A stretch of 63,136 nt of DNA, filler included. It is 4 parts of 4 records of this genome, joined end to end, with 100 filler letters (N's around TTAATTAATTAA, not from the genome) between each part and the next. Parts side by side here need not be neighbours in the genome. Positions count along the whole stretch, not along the records: positions 1 to 21,478 come from SRR20825010_644; positions 21,579 to 51,664 come from SRR20825010_647; 2 more parts are not named here. One strand, given 5' to 3'. The notes beneath the pieces were generated by a model that was not told where the DNA came from, ran no database searches, and saw only the letters and a list, made by a program, of their open reading frames with translations. Shown here in pieces: positions 11,652 through 21,629 of this stretch. Position 1 is the stretch's first letter, and every line of letters starts with the position of its first letter. The translations under genes and the position numbers were made by a program.

Positions 11652-12622
11652 CTTTGGCGCCCCATTTTCCAGCGTCTGAAATTCTCAACATACTTTTTCA
11701 AAAAGCTGAAAATATAAGGATATCTGCGCACGCCAAGTTTAAGGTACGTTATCAAATTAACCCGATGTATGTTCTTTTCTATCACGAGACTCAGCTCGCC
11801 ATTCTCTTTAACATCCGCTGGCCCAGCATAAGGGGGTAGGTGTTCATGGTGCTTCATTAGCTGCACATAGTTTGGTGTTGCGCCAGAGGTATTTGTTGCC
11901 CCATCGCCGAAACCAAGATTAATAACCATGTTGCGCGCCGGAACAATCGACAAACCATTGTTCTTCCAATGCGCGAAGACCCATTGATGGTCCCAGGTAC
12001 CGATACTTCTGAGATAAACGAGGTCAAATACAAGCGACCAAAATCGTCGAGCAAAACCTGTGGGCATTAAAGGAAGGGTACTGGGCTGGGGTTTTTCTGT
12101 CGGCCAAAAATTCAGAGTCTCGTCGTAGTGATTCCACGCCCGCCTCCAGGAAGCCCACCCCCACACACACATGTATCTGGTAAATTCATAGGATTGCTGC
12201 GCACAAAACCATGGTTGCGCCAGATTACTTCCGCAAACTGAAAAAACCCTCTCATCGTCTTTGTAACGATCCAGCATGGCATCACAGAACTCGAAAAAGC
12301 TGGCGTTCGGCAGTGTATCGTCCTCAAGAACAATCCCCTGCTCTTCCTGCTGAAAGAACCAATCAATGGCAGAAGAAACAGCCATGCGACAACCTAGATT
12401 CTTTTCCAGAAATCTTGTGTGAATTTCACAAGGCCAGTCTATTTGCTCGAAAAGTGAGCGGACGGCCTTTGACTGAACTTGATCATTTCGATTATTTGGC
12501 CGTGGTCCGTCCGCCGCAACGTATAAGCGAGGAGGTTTTGCTTCTTTCACTGCTTGCAAAATACGCCGCGTCACTTCTGGTCGATTAAATACCAGCATCA
12601 AAACTGCGTTCTTTGTCGTCAT
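11648..12622 (-). CDS. GT-A fold nucleotide-diphospho-sugar transferase (family often labelled HlpA-like)
   Basis: FNRPEVT, LYVAADGPR, NLGCRMAVSSAIDWFF, IVLEDD, WGWASWRRAW, TWDHQW, NLGFG. Confidence 0.8.
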   Translation of the reverse strand: MTTKNAVLMLVFNRPEVTRRILQAVKEAKPPRLYVAADGPRPNNRNDQVQSKAVRSLFEQIDWPCEIHTRFLEKNLGCRMAVSSAIDWFFQQEEQGIVLEDDTLPNASFFEFCDAMLDRYKDDERVFSVCGSNLAQPWFCAQQSYEFTRYMCVWGWASWRRAWNHYDETLNFWPTEKPQPSTLPLMPTGFARRFWSLVFDLVYLRSIGTWDHQWVFAHWKNNGLSIVPARNMVINLGFGDGATNTSGATPNYVQLMKHHEHLPPYAGPADVKENGELSLVIEKNIHRVNLITYLKLGVRRYPYIFSFLKKYVENFRRWKMGRQR

Positions 12623-12732
12623 GGATCTGTGGTTTGTCTTTCAATGGGGCGATTGTACCCCGCCTAGAACGTTACGACCCCTCTCGACCAACGACAGGCG
12701 AAGTGCTTTATTTTCAAATCATTTTAAATTAA

Positions 12733-12752
12733 ACTAGTCACCCGACTAGTCA
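12733..12752. promoter_or_regulatory. Putative TA autorepression operator
   Basis: ACTAGTC-ACCC-GACTAGT perfect palindrome (also ACTAGTCA twice at 12-bp spacing) about 15 bp upstream of the antitoxin ATG. Confidence 0.6.
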
Positions 12753-12767
12753 TTTAATAAATAAACC

Positions 12768-13022
12768 ATGCAAACCTGGCCTGTTCAAGACGCAAAAGCC
12801 CGATTCAGCGAACTACTGGACACCTGCCTCCGTGAAGGCCCTCAGGCGGTTAGTCGCCGTGGGCAAGAACAGGCTGTATTGGTGCCTATGGCCGAATGGA
12901 TCAAGCTGACCCAGCAGGCCAGGCCCAGCTTAAAGGGCCTGTTGCTTGCCGAGGAGGGTCGCACGGAATACCTGGTTGCCCCTCGCGGCAAACTAAGCCG
13001 CCGCAAAACCACTGAATTGTAA
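12768..13022 (+). CDS. Phd/YefM family antitoxin
   Basis: MQTWPVQDAKARFSELLD..EGPQAVSRRG..AVLV, the classic Phd N-terminal DNA-binding motif; upstream of a PIN toxin. Confidence 0.92.
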   Translation: MQTWPVQDAKARFSELLDTCLREGPQAVSRRGQEQAVLVPMAEWIKLTQQARPSLKGLLLAEEGRTEYLVAPRGKLSRRKTTEL

Positions 13023-13034
13023 GGCAGAGGCAAT

Positions 13035-13448
13035 ATGTATTTGCTGGACACAAACGTGGTTTCTGAACTGCGTAAGCCAAAACCGCATGGTGCTGTGCTG
13101 GCCTGGCTGAGGGCCACACCGGAACATTTGTTGTATCTAAGTGCTTTTACCCTGGCCGAAATTCAAAGCGGAATTGAAAAAACGCGAGAACAAAATCCGG
13201 CCAAAGCCGACGAACTTGAGCACTGGTTGAACCAGCTAAGCGACACATTTCAAATTCTGCCCATGGAGGCAAGTTGTTTTCGCAGCTGGGCCAGGTTGAT
13301 GCACCGTGAAAGCGACACGGTGATGGAAGACGCCATGATTGCGGCCACTGCCCTTGTGAATCAGCTAACCGTGGTAACACGCAATACCAAAGACTTTCTG
13401 CGATTCAATGTAACGCTGCTGAACCCCTTCGAGTTTCGGGACAAGTGA
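13035..13448 (+). CDS. vapC: VapC PIN-domain toxin
   Basis: MYLLDTNVVSE, EI..G, DAMIAATAL, VTRNTKDF; RBS GAGG. Confidence 0.95.
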   Translation: MYLLDTNVVSELRKPKPHGAVLAWLRATPEHLLYLSAFTLAEIQSGIEKTREQNPAKADELEHWLNQLSDTFQILPMEASCFRSWARLMHRESDTVMEDAMIAATALVNQLTVVTRNTKDFLRFNVTLLNPFEFRDK

Positions 13449-13503
13449 AGTGAATTATCATCGAATGACTTCCCAATGAACCCACTTTTGTTCAAAGGTC
13501 ACT

Positions 13504-15423
13504 TTGAGATCTGATCGTTTAATCGGCTTGCCGCGCTGGCTTAAACAAACCGTTGTAATTGCGGTTGACCTTGCGCTGGGCGTTGTTGCCACCTGGCTGG
13601 CTTTCAGCCTGCGCATTGATGGCATGCACGTACCCAACGGCAACGAATGGCTGCCTTACTGGTTTGGCCCCTTGCTGGCCTTGCCGATATTCATCCATTT
13701 TGGTTTGTACCGCGCCATATTTCGTTACACCGACCTTGCAGCGATCAAACAAATTCTGAAAGCCGTGGCGGTGTATGCGGCCATTTACACCGCCGTGGTA
13801 ATGGCGTTTTACATTCCACCCAACCCCCGGTCAATCGGCATACTTCAACCTTTCATTCTGAGCGCCTTCATTGTGGGCGCCCGTATGTTTGCGCGTTTCT
13901 GGCTGCTTTCAAACAGCATTGACCCACGGTTAAGGGTGCTACGCCGCCGCCTGCTGATTGTGGGTGCCGGGGATGAAGCGCTACAACTGGCCAATGCCTT
14001 GAAAGGATCACCAGAGTACATTCAGATCGGCTTTGTAACCAACGACTCCCAGATGGTGGGGCGGAATATGGCGGGGTACCGCGTTTTCGCGCTGGACCAG
14101 CTACGCAAGGTGATCGAGAACTACGAGGTTTCAGACCTGGTCATTGCGCTGGACAGCGGTAACCGGGGCATGCGCAGGCAAATTATCGAAGGGTGCCAAG
14201 GTTTGCCGGTGCACATTCAAACCGCCGGGCTAACGCTGGATAGCGAACATTCATCCATTCGTGAACTGGACATTGACGACCTGCTGGGCCGCCACCACGT
14301 TCCACCCAATGTGGAGTTATTGAACCTTAAAAATCACCGGAAGGTGGTGTTGGTAACAGGCGCAGGTGGCAGCATTGGTTCGGAATTGTGCCGGCAAATA
14401 CTTGCGACACACCCTGCCCGCCTGGTGTTGTTTGAAAACAATGAATTTGCACTGTACATGCTGCACCATGAGCTGCAGCAAAAAGTAAGTGCGTTTTACA
14501 GCGAGGTTGAACTGTCGCCAGTGCTGGGGGATGTACGCGACGCCCATCGCCTTCGCGAGGTATTCAAGGCAGTGAAACCGAACACGGTTTACCATGCCGC
14601 AGCGTACAAGCATGTGCCACTTGTTGAGCTAAATCCGTTTGAGGGGATTCGAAACAATTTTCTGGGCACACGCATTTGCGCGCAGGTGGCCAGCGAGGAA
14701 GGCGTTGATGATTTCGTACTGATCAGCACCGACAAGGCTGTGCGCCCCACCAACGTTATGGGTGCCAGCAAGCGGCTGGCTGAACTGGCCTTGCAGGCAC
14801 TTGCTGCCGAACCTGGCACGACAACGCGATTCAGCATGGTCCGGTTTGGCAATGTTTTGGGTTCAAGCGGTTCTGTGGTGCCGCTGTTTCGCCAACAAAT
14901 TGCAAAGCTGGGCCCTGTCACCATTACAGACCCCGAGGTAACGCGGTTTTTCATGACCATTCCCGAGGCGGCACAACTGGTGATTCAAGCCGGAGCAATG
15001 GCCAAAGGTGGCGACGTATTCGTGCTGGACATGGGCGAGCCCATTCGCATTGTTGACCTGGCCAAACGCATGATTACGCTGGCAGGCTACACCGTGAAAG
15101 AAGCAGGACAGGACCATGGCGACATCGAGATCAAGGTGACAGGCTTGCGCCCCGGCGAAAAACTATACGAAGAATTGTTGATTGGCAATGACCCCAAACC
15201 CACCGAACACCCGCGCATTATGAAAGCCAACGAGAAAAAAATCAGCAACGCCGAGCTGGATCAGGAAGTGGAAGCCTTGCAACACATACTGCAGACCCGG
15301 GATTTGCCCGAACTGAAAAACCTGTTGTTGCGCTTGGTCGATGGCTACCAGCCAGAAAGTGAAGCCTTTGACGCGCTGGCAGAAATGCGCAAGCCAGGTG
15401 TTTCAATCCCTATTTCAGAATAG
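13504..15423 (+). CDS. Membrane-bound UDP-GlcNAc 4,6-dehydratase (WbpM/PglF/CapD family)
   Basis: Four N-terminal TM helices, IVGAG, TGAGGSIGSELCRQ, HAAAYKHVP, STDKAVRPTNVMGASK, RFGNVLGSSGSV, GLRPGEKLYEEL. Confidence 0.93.
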   Translation: MRSDRLIGLPRWLKQTVVIAVDLALGVVATWLAFSLRIDGMHVPNGNEWLPYWFGPLLALPIFIHFGLYRAIFRYTDLAAIKQILKAVAVYAAIYTAVVMAFYIPPNPRSIGILQPFILSAFIVGARMFARFWLLSNSIDPRLRVLRRRLLIVGAGDEALQLANALKGSPEYIQIGFVTNDSQMVGRNMAGYRVFALDQLRKVIENYEVSDLVIALDSGNRGMRRQIIEGCQGLPVHIQTAGLTLDSEHSSIRELDIDDLLGRHHVPPNVELLNLKNHRKVVLVTGAGGSIGSELCRQILATHPARLVLFENNEFALYMLHHELQQKVSAFYSEVELSPVLGDVRDAHRLREVFKAVKPNTVYHAAAYKHVPLVELNPFEGIRNNFLGTRICAQVASEEGVDDFVLISTDKAVRPTNVMGASKRLAELALQALAAEPGTTTRFSMVRFGNVLGSSGSVVPLFRQQIAKLGPVTITDPEVTRFFMTIPEAAQLVIQAGAMAKGGDVFVLDMGEPIRIVDLAKRMITLAGYTVKEAGQDHGDIEIKVTGLRPGEKLYEELLIGNDPKPTEHPRIMKANEKKISNAELDQEVEALQHILQTRDLPELKNLLLRLVDGYQPESEAFDALAEMRKPGVSIPISE

Positions 15424-16012
15424 CCAGGAAGGTGCGGGCGATAATTTGAATGTCCAGCCACAGGTTTTGTTGCTGAACATACTGCACGCAATAACGCAGT
15501 TTGGCTGGCATTACTTCCTCAATATACGTTTGTTCCGGGTTGCTACTTTGCCCCAGCAAATCGCTTTCACTTCGATATTCAATCGATGCCAAATCAGTAA
15601 TGCCGGGCCGCACTGAAAGCACAATGCTTTTGGTGGGCTCTGGATACAAAGCCACGTACTTGGGTACTTCGGGGCGCGGGCCCACAAGGCTCATCGTGCC
15701 CAGCAGCACATCGATTAACTGCGGCAATTCATCCAGCTTGTAATGGCGAAGAACGCCACCAATGCGGGTAATGCGTGCGTCGTGCCCCACGGTAATTTGC
15801 ATGGCGCTGCCGGGCTGCGCCACGGTCATGGTTCTGAACTTGTGAATACGAAACGGTTTACCGTGCAGGCCGATGCGTTCTTGACGAAAGAACACAGGGC
15901 CGGGTGAATCGCGCTTGATCAACACGGCAATAACGATGAGCACTGGGCCTAAACACGCCAAGCCTGCGGCGCTGACCGCGATATCGAACAGACGTTTGAC
16001 AGGCTTCTTCAT
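15410..16012 (-). CDS. Initiating polyprenyl-phosphate sugar phosphotransferase (PglC/Bac_transf family)
   Basis: [41 protein letters not shown]. Confidence 0.93.
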   Translation of the reverse strand: MKKPVKRLFDIAVSAAGLACLGPVLIVIAVLIKRDSPGPVFFRQERIGLHGKPFRIHKFRTMTVAQPGSAMQITVGHDARITRIGGVLRHYKLDELPQLIDVLLGTMSLVGPRPEVPKYVALYPEPTKSIVLSVRPGITDLASIEYRSESDLLGQSSNPEQTYIEEVMPAKLRYCVQYVQQQNLWLDIQIIARTFLAILK

Positions 16013-17199
16013 GCTAGTGCAGATTGAACAGCGGAAATAACGCGGTCGATTTCAGCTTGTGTCATTTTGGAATACAAGGGAATGGACACCATGCGTTCAT
16101 ATGCTTTTTGACTGACCGGGAACTGCTCAGGCTTTAGCTTGTAACTATCGCGCCAGTAAGGCTGCAAGTGCAGTGGAATGTAATGCACGCTGCAACCAAT
16201 GCCTTGCGCATACAGTGCCTCCACAAACTGATCTCGGCTTGGCTTGGCTTGATCATTTAACCGCAACACATACAGGTGCCATGAATGCAGGCCAGAATTG
16301 TTGGCTGCACCTTCCGGCAAAAGCACAGGAAGGTTTTTGAATGCGGTGTTGTATTGATCAACAATGGCCTGGCGTTTGGCCCGAAACAGTTCTGCTTTTT
16401 TCAGTTGATGAATGCCGATGGCCGAGGCCAGATCTGTCAGGTTGTACTTGAAGCCCGGTGCAACCACTTCGTAATACCAACTGGGTGCCTTGGACGTAAA
16501 GCGATCAAACACATCGCGATTTATTCCGTGCAGGCGCATGGTTTTACAACGCTTGATAATCTCCGGGTTGCGAGACACCACCATGCCACCTTCACCTGTG
16601 GTAATGGTTTTGTTGGCGTAAAAACTGAATACCGTTGCATCGGTTTGCAAGTTACCAATGGCAATACCATCGACCACACACGGCAAGGCATGTGCGGCGT
16701 CTTCTACCACCTTCAAACCATGTTCACGCGCGATGGCAATTATTTCTGCCATGTCGGCTGCAAGGCCGGCAAAATGCACCGGCATGATGGCCTTTGTTTT
16801 TGGGGTGATGGCATTGCGAACCAGCACTGGGTTGATGTTCAAGCTACCGGGCAGTACGTCGACAAAAACCGGGTCGGCCCCCAGGTAGCGAACAACTTCA
16901 GCGGTGGCGGTGAAGGTGTGGGTGGGTACTATCACTTCATCGCCAGGGCCGATACCAACGGCCTCAAGCGCCAAGTGCAAACCTGCAGTGGCAGAATTCA
17001 CGGCAATGGCTTGTACAGGCTGCTGCCCTGTGGCCACACCACCGCCAGCGCTGTTCAGCATGGCCTCGAAATCGGTTTCGAACTGACGTGTTTTGGGGCC
17101 AGTGGTTAGCCAGCCTGAACGCAGGCAGCTGGCCACTTCCTGAATTTCTTCTTCGCCGATTTCAGGCAAAGCAAAGGGTAAAAATGGTTGTGTGCTCAT
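16009..17199 (-). CDS. DegT/DnrJ/EryC1/StrS PLP sugar aminotransferase
   Basis: [41 protein letters not shown] (PLP Lys), [15 protein letters not shown]. Confidence 0.95.
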   Translation of the reverse strand: MSTQPFLPFALPEIGEEEIQEVASCLRSGWLTTGPKTRQFETDFEAMLNSAGGGVATGQQPVQAIAVNSATAGLHLALEAVGIGPGDEVIVPTHTFTATAEVVRYLGADPVFVDVLPGSLNINPVLVRNAITPKTKAIMPVHFAGLAADMAEIIAIAREHGLKVVEDAAHALPCVVDGIAIGNLQTDATVFSFYANKTITTGEGGMVVSRNPEIIKRCKTMRLHGINRDVFDRFTSKAPSWYYEVVAPGFKYNLTDLASAIGIHQLKKAELFRAKRQAIVDQYNTAFKNLPVLLPEGAANNSGLHSWHLYVLRLNDQAKPSRDQFVEALYAQGIGCSVHYIPLHLQPYWRDSYKLKPEQFPVSQKAYERMVSIPLYSKMTQAEIDRVISAVQSALA

Positions 17200-17816
17200 G
17201 CGCTTAACTTGATCAAATATCGGTTGAGTATACGGCCATGCGGGCGCTTGCAGGTGCCTGCCAGTTCAAACCCCAGGTTGGTGTAAAACTGATTGGCCTT
17301 GACATTGCCGGTTTGGTCTGTGGTTAGGTAAACCGCAGGGGCGCCTGCCGTGTGTGCGTGGGCCAAGAATGCCTTCACCAACTGCTGCCCCACGCCTTTG
17401 CCTTGAACCGCAACGTCAACGCCGAGGCTGCTGAGCAGGGCTGCATTGGGTTGATCTGGCAAAGATTCACCACGATAAAACAGGGCGGACCAAAGCTTGA
17501 CGAATACCAGCGTGGGCCTGCGCAGCAAAGGCCAGATGGAGGCCAGCCCAAACGCAAACCATTGGCGCTTGAGCAATTGCAGGAAAAAACCCGAAGGCTG
17601 GGTGGTGCCCACCACGAAACCAAGAACTTGCGAGGGCTTGCCTTGCACGCAAGCCACCAATGAAATGCCGGTTGGGTGATTCAAAAAACCGGTGTACAAC
17701 AAGTGTAAAAAACGCGGGCCCATGAGGGTAAGGAAAAAACCGGGAAATGCACGGATATGAACCTGCACCATTTGTGCAATGTCTTCGGGCTTGGCGGGGC
17801 GAATACTGATGTTCAT
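17196..17816 (-). CDS. GNAT family N-acyltransferase
   Basis: [22 protein letters not shown] (acyl-CoA motif A), N..ANQFY..LGF. Confidence 0.85.
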   Translation of the reverse strand: MNISIRPAKPEDIAQMVQVHIRAFPGFFLTLMGPRFLHLLYTGFLNHPTGISLVACVQGKPSQVLGFVVGTTQPSGFFLQLLKRQWFAFGLASIWPLLRRPTLVFVKLWSALFYRGESLPDQPNAALLSSLGVDVAVQGKGVGQQLVKAFLAHAHTAGAPAVYLTTDQTGNVKANQFYTNLGFELAGTCKRPHGRILNRYLIKLSA

Positions 17817-19075
17817 TGCTGCCCCCCTTGAACCACCCGATCAAAAAATGCGGCGTACTGCGCGCACACGTGGCTACGGCTGTAGTTCTGTTCAAGAAAC
17901 CGCCTGCCGCCCTGCCCCATGTTGAACGCGTTTTGTGGGTTTTCCACCAGTTCATTGACTGCATTCAACAAGGCCTGGGAATTGCCGGGTTCAACCACCA
18001 GCCCACAATTTGCCTTGTGCACCAAACGACCTGTTTCGCTGTTCAGGTCGACACTGGCTACCACTGGTTTGCCTGCTGCCATGTAGCCCAATACTTTGCT
18101 GGGCACTGAAAAAATGCCCTTGCCCGGCAACAGGCTAACCATGGAAATGGTGGCGCTGTTTTGAACATCAAGCAGCAATTCGCGGGGCTGAAATGGCAGG
18201 AAGTGTACGTTCGACAAACCATGGGCCATTGCTTGTAACGATGGCAACACAGGCCCCTCGCCAACAAACAACCAGTGAATGTTGTTGCGCTCAGCGGCCA
18301 GCCTGGCGGCTTGAACCACCACACTGGCGCCTGACACATGGCCGATGGTGCCTGCATACAAAACCACGGGGGCATCGGCAGGAATGTTCGCCATTTGCCG
18401 AATGTTCAAGCCCCTACCGGGCCGGGGCTGAATTTCGTCGATGTCGATCCAGTTGGGAATGACTTCAATGGGCGCTTTCGCACCTTGCCGTTGAACATGC
18501 CGCTCAACATGATGTTTAAAGCCATCGCAAATAACCGCCAAACCATCGGCCCGTTGGTATGCTGATTTTTCAATGTGCTTTAACGTACCAATCAAGAATT
18601 TGTTGCGGATCAAACCAAGTTCTACCAACACATCGGGGTGAAGGTCTTGCACATTGAACACAAGCTTGAAACCGCGCAACCTGGCCAGTAATAAAAGTGT
18701 GGCACCAATGGGCAAGGGTTGTAGCACCGCAAACACCAGGGCTGGTTTTTTGCAAGTAAGCAGGTAGAAAAAACTGCTGAGAATGAAACTTGAAAAATTG
18801 AGTGCACGTGAAATAAAACTTCGCGCCTCGGATGTAAATAACCACAAGCGGGTTATTTGAACTGCCCCCATTTTTTCACGCAGAACACGCTGCTTTACGT
18901 ACGGTGCCTGCACCTTGCCGCAGGGGTGGTTGGGGAAACCTGTCACCACTTCCACGTCCCAGCCTTGGGCGGCCAGGTTTTCCGCAAGTTCTTTGAGCAT
19001 GTAGCCCATTGGGGCATGTTCTGGCGGGAACCACTGGCTTAGAAAAACTACAGAGCGTGATTTAACCATGACCAC
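17813..19075 (-). CDS. Glycosyltransferase family 4 (WbuB/WcaI-like)
   Basis: SQWFPPE, GFPNHP, VQDLHPD, IPNWID, YAGTIG, PSKVLGYMAAGKPV; alternative ATG at 19069. Confidence 0.9.
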   Translation of the reverse strand: MVMVKSRSVVFLSQWFPPEHAPMGYMLKELAENLAAQGWDVEVVTGFPNHPCGKVQAPYVKQRVLREKMGAVQITRLWLFTSEARSFISRALNFSSFILSSFFYLLTCKKPALVFAVLQPLPIGATLLLLARLRGFKLVFNVQDLHPDVLVELGLIRNKFLIGTLKHIEKSAYQRADGLAVICDGFKHHVERHVQRQGAKAPIEVIPNWIDIDEIQPRPGRGLNIRQMANIPADAPVVLYAGTIGHVSGASVVVQAARLAAERNNIHWLFVGEGPVLPSLQAMAHGLSNVHFLPFQPRELLLDVQNSATISMVSLLPGKGIFSVPSKVLGYMAAGKPVVASVDLNSETGRLVHKANCGLVVEPGNSQALLNAVNELVENPQNAFNMGQGGRRFLEQNYSRSHVCAQYAAFFDRVVQGGQQ

Positions 19076-20260
19076 TTAACCTTGCCGGGGCTGAAAGGCC
19101 AACGCGGCCAAGCCAAGAACGAAGAACACACCCTCAGCAAAATCGTAATGGAAGGAATTCAACATGTTGAGCAACACATAAGCCAGCAAGAACCCGTGTA
19201 GAAGCAACGCATGCTGCGTTTGGTTTTTGATGATTGTTGTGGCGATAAAAACCGCATACAGCACCAAAGCAACTACACCACCCTGCACAGCGAAAAGCAA
19301 ATACTGGTTGTGGGGGTTGTTGAACGGAAATAGAAACCCCGCAGCATGGGCATGCGGTGTTACTGCAATTTCGTACCCGCCCATGCCGTAACCAAACCAG
19401 GGCGCTTGTACAAATGCTTCAATGGAATGCAACCAGAAACTCAGCCTGCGACCGTTGCTGGTATTTTGCGCAGTGGCTTCACCGGCGACCCATTGCTGCA
19501 CTTCGACAAACACGGCATCGACACGGGCGTTAAAAAAACCAGACCCGTAATACATGGCCAACAAGGCAAGCAGAACTGCAATTGCGACGAGCAACGAGCC
19601 TTTAAAACCAATGCGCTGATAGGCCAACACGACGGGCAACACCGCCATGGCCACCCAACCAGAACGACCTTCAACCATGAAGAAAAAGTTGTAAAGGGTA
19701 AGGGCAAGCGCCGCAAGAACAAGCAGCTTGACCGGTGTTTGAAAAGTGCCCCAACTGGTGGACAAACGATATGCAATGTAACCCGTGGCAAGCGCGATGA
19801 AGAAATTGTGCGTAATGTGCAACTTGAACAGCAACGGCGATTCGGTGCCTTCTGGCCAGGGGAAAAACCCGAAGGCCACGGCCACGCTGCCCAATACGCT
19901 TACAAATACGCCAGCACAAAACCAGTCGAACACGCGCAGGCGATCTTGTTGTGTCAGAAAGGCTGCCGCAAGAAAAGGGAGCAACAGCAGACGAAGATAT
20001 TTGCTGAGGTAATCACGCGCAGATTCCAGGTTGCTGGATTCAAAAGCAAGGGTGATCAACAACCAACCCACCAAGGCGTACACGGCGATGCTGATTGGGT
20101 GAAACAGCAATGGTTTGATTTGCGACCTGTTCTGCGGGCTTAAAAAGATGCAGACCAAACCCAATAGCAAGAACAAATTCACCGGCGCTGGCTTGATGGG
20201 CAGAAAAAATGCGGCCCCGGCCAAAAACCAGGCCGGGTTGATTCGTTGAACCCAATTCAA
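19076..20260 (-). CDS. O-antigen ligase family (Wzy_C/WaaL-like) membrane protein
   Basis: Polytopic protein with GRSGW, SNGRRLSFW, PWFGYGMGGY, NPHNQYL periplasmic-loop His motif. Confidence 0.85.
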   Translation of the reverse strand: MNWVQRINPAWFLAGAAFFLPIKPAPVNLFLLLGLVCIFLSPQNRSQIKPLLFHPISIAVYALVGWLLITLAFESSNLESARDYLSKYLRLLLLPFLAAAFLTQQDRLRVFDWFCAGVFVSVLGSVAVAFGFFPWPEGTESPLLFKLHITHNFFIALATGYIAYRLSTSWGTFQTPVKLLVLAALALTLYNFFFMVEGRSGWVAMAVLPVVLAYQRIGFKGSLLVAIAVLLALLAMYYGSGFFNARVDAVFVEVQQWVAGEATAQNTSNGRRLSFWLHSIEAFVQAPWFGYGMGGYEIAVTPHAHAAGFLFPFNNPHNQYLLFAVQGGVVALVLYAVFIATTIIKNQTQHALLLHGFLLAYVLLNMLNSFHYDFAEGVFFVLGLAALAFQPRQG

Positions 20261-20331
20261 GCGATTACCCCAAACAATGGAAAGAATGGCCTGATTTTAC
20301 AGTGTCAACGCCAAAAAAACCGGAAGGTTCT

Positions 20332-21414
20332 TTAAACCCACCCCCACCGTTGCCAGTGCATTTTCAGAAAAGCGTAGGTAACGGGCGCGGTGATAAGCCC
20401 TGGCAGGCCGAATGCCACTTCGCCCAAGATGATGGCCATGAGCATTTCAGGCACGCTGGCGCGTACATTGCGGCCAATGATGTAGCCGTTTACGAAATAT
20501 TCAAGCTTGTGGATGATGAACAGATACACAACCGAGCCTAAGGCCACAAAAACGCCGTAGCGAATGGTCAGCACCAGAATAAGCGTGTTGGCCATGATGT
20601 TGCCTGCAGCCGGAATAAGGCTGGCCACGGCGGTGAACATAAGCAACAGTTCCCGGAAGGGCAACACCACATCGAACGCAGGCAAGACGCCGTAGATAAA
20701 CACGGCGGTGCAGAAGGTGTTCCAGATGCTGACATACACCTGCGCACCCATCAACAGGGTAAAACAGCGCACATACTTTTCCAGGGTTTGAAGCCAGGCC
20801 GCTGCAAGTGGCCGGGGGCCTTTGCCATTCACATTGGTGGCAGGCACCAACAGCGCTGCCGAGACACCCAAAATAAGCGCGAACACGAACTGCAGGAAGA
20901 TAAAAAAGCTTGCGCCACCGAAGTTGCGAATGTAGTCGACGAAATCGCTATCGTCTTTGCTGATCATCCTGAAAAGGTCGCTTGGCTTGCCCGGAATATG
21001 TTCTTTAATGGCCTGTGGCAGGCTGGCCGTGACCGAGTTCAGGTTGCGCAAGGCCTCTTCGATCAACTGCGGGCCTTGCTGGGTCATGGTTGCAATCACA
21101 AACCGAACACCGCTGTTCAAGCCGATCCCCAGCAACACCACCGCAGCAGCTACCACCGCGGTGGTAAGGAAGGTGGGCAGCCAGCCAAACAGCCCGCGCA
21201 TGAAGCGGCCTTTGAACTTGTTGATGTGGGGCTGCAAAAGCAGCACAAATCCCCGACGGGTAAAGCGGGTCAGCGCGAAAATAGCCAGGCCTGCGATAAG
21301 GCCAACGCCAATTTTGAGCGACAACATGCAGATCCATATGACCAGAATGCCGATGACGGACGCATATTCCCATCGAATAAGTGTGTTTTCTTGATGCTGA
21401 ACCGGGTTGGTCAT
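20332..21414 (-). CDS. AI-2E family transporter
   Basis: Hydrophobic protein with AQVYVSIWNT, SLIPAAGN, IHKLEYFVN..IIG, E..FGLPGLITAP. Confidence 0.85.
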   Translation of the reverse strand: MTNPVQHQENTLIRWEYASVIGILVIWICMLSLKIGVGLIAGLAIFALTRFTRRGFVLLLQPHINKFKGRFMRGLFGWLPTFLTTAVVAAAVVLLGIGLNSGVRFVIATMTQQGPQLIEEALRNLNSVTASLPQAIKEHIPGKPSDLFRMISKDDSDFVDYIRNFGGASFFIFLQFVFALILGVSAALLVPATNVNGKGPRPLAAAWLQTLEKYVRCFTLLMGAQVYVSIWNTFCTAVFIYGVLPAFDVVLPFRELLLMFTAVASLIPAAGNIMANTLILVLTIRYGVFVALGSVVYLFIIHKLEYFVNGYIIGRNVRASVPEMLMAIILGEVAFGLPGLITAPVTYAFLKMHWQRWGWV

Positions 21415-21478
21415 GTAAAAGGTCTTGGCTGATTATTGGTGGTGGTATGACCAAGTGAATTTTGATTCTATCCCACTT

Positions 21479-21578
21479 NNNNNNNNNNNNNNNNNNNNNN
21501 NNNNNNNNNNNNNNNNNNNNNNTTAATTAATTAANNNNNNNNNNNNNNNNNNNNNNNNNNNNNNNNNNNNNNNNNNNN
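21479..21578. other. Artificial contig linker
   Basis: N44-TTAATTAATTAA-N44 (stops in all six frames); genes truncated and composition changes across it. Confidence 0.99.
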
Positions 21579-21629
21579 GCTGCAGGCCATGAGCAAGGAG
21601 CCTGCGAATAAGATTGCTAGTTTGTTCAT
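21579..21629 (-). CDS. 5' fragment of a lipoprotein, probably a HlyD/MFP efflux adaptor (truncated by contig end)
   Basis: MNKLAILFAGSLLMACS with lipobox LMAC; ATGA overlap with the TolC stop; product inferred from TetR-TolC operon position. Confidence 0.55.
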
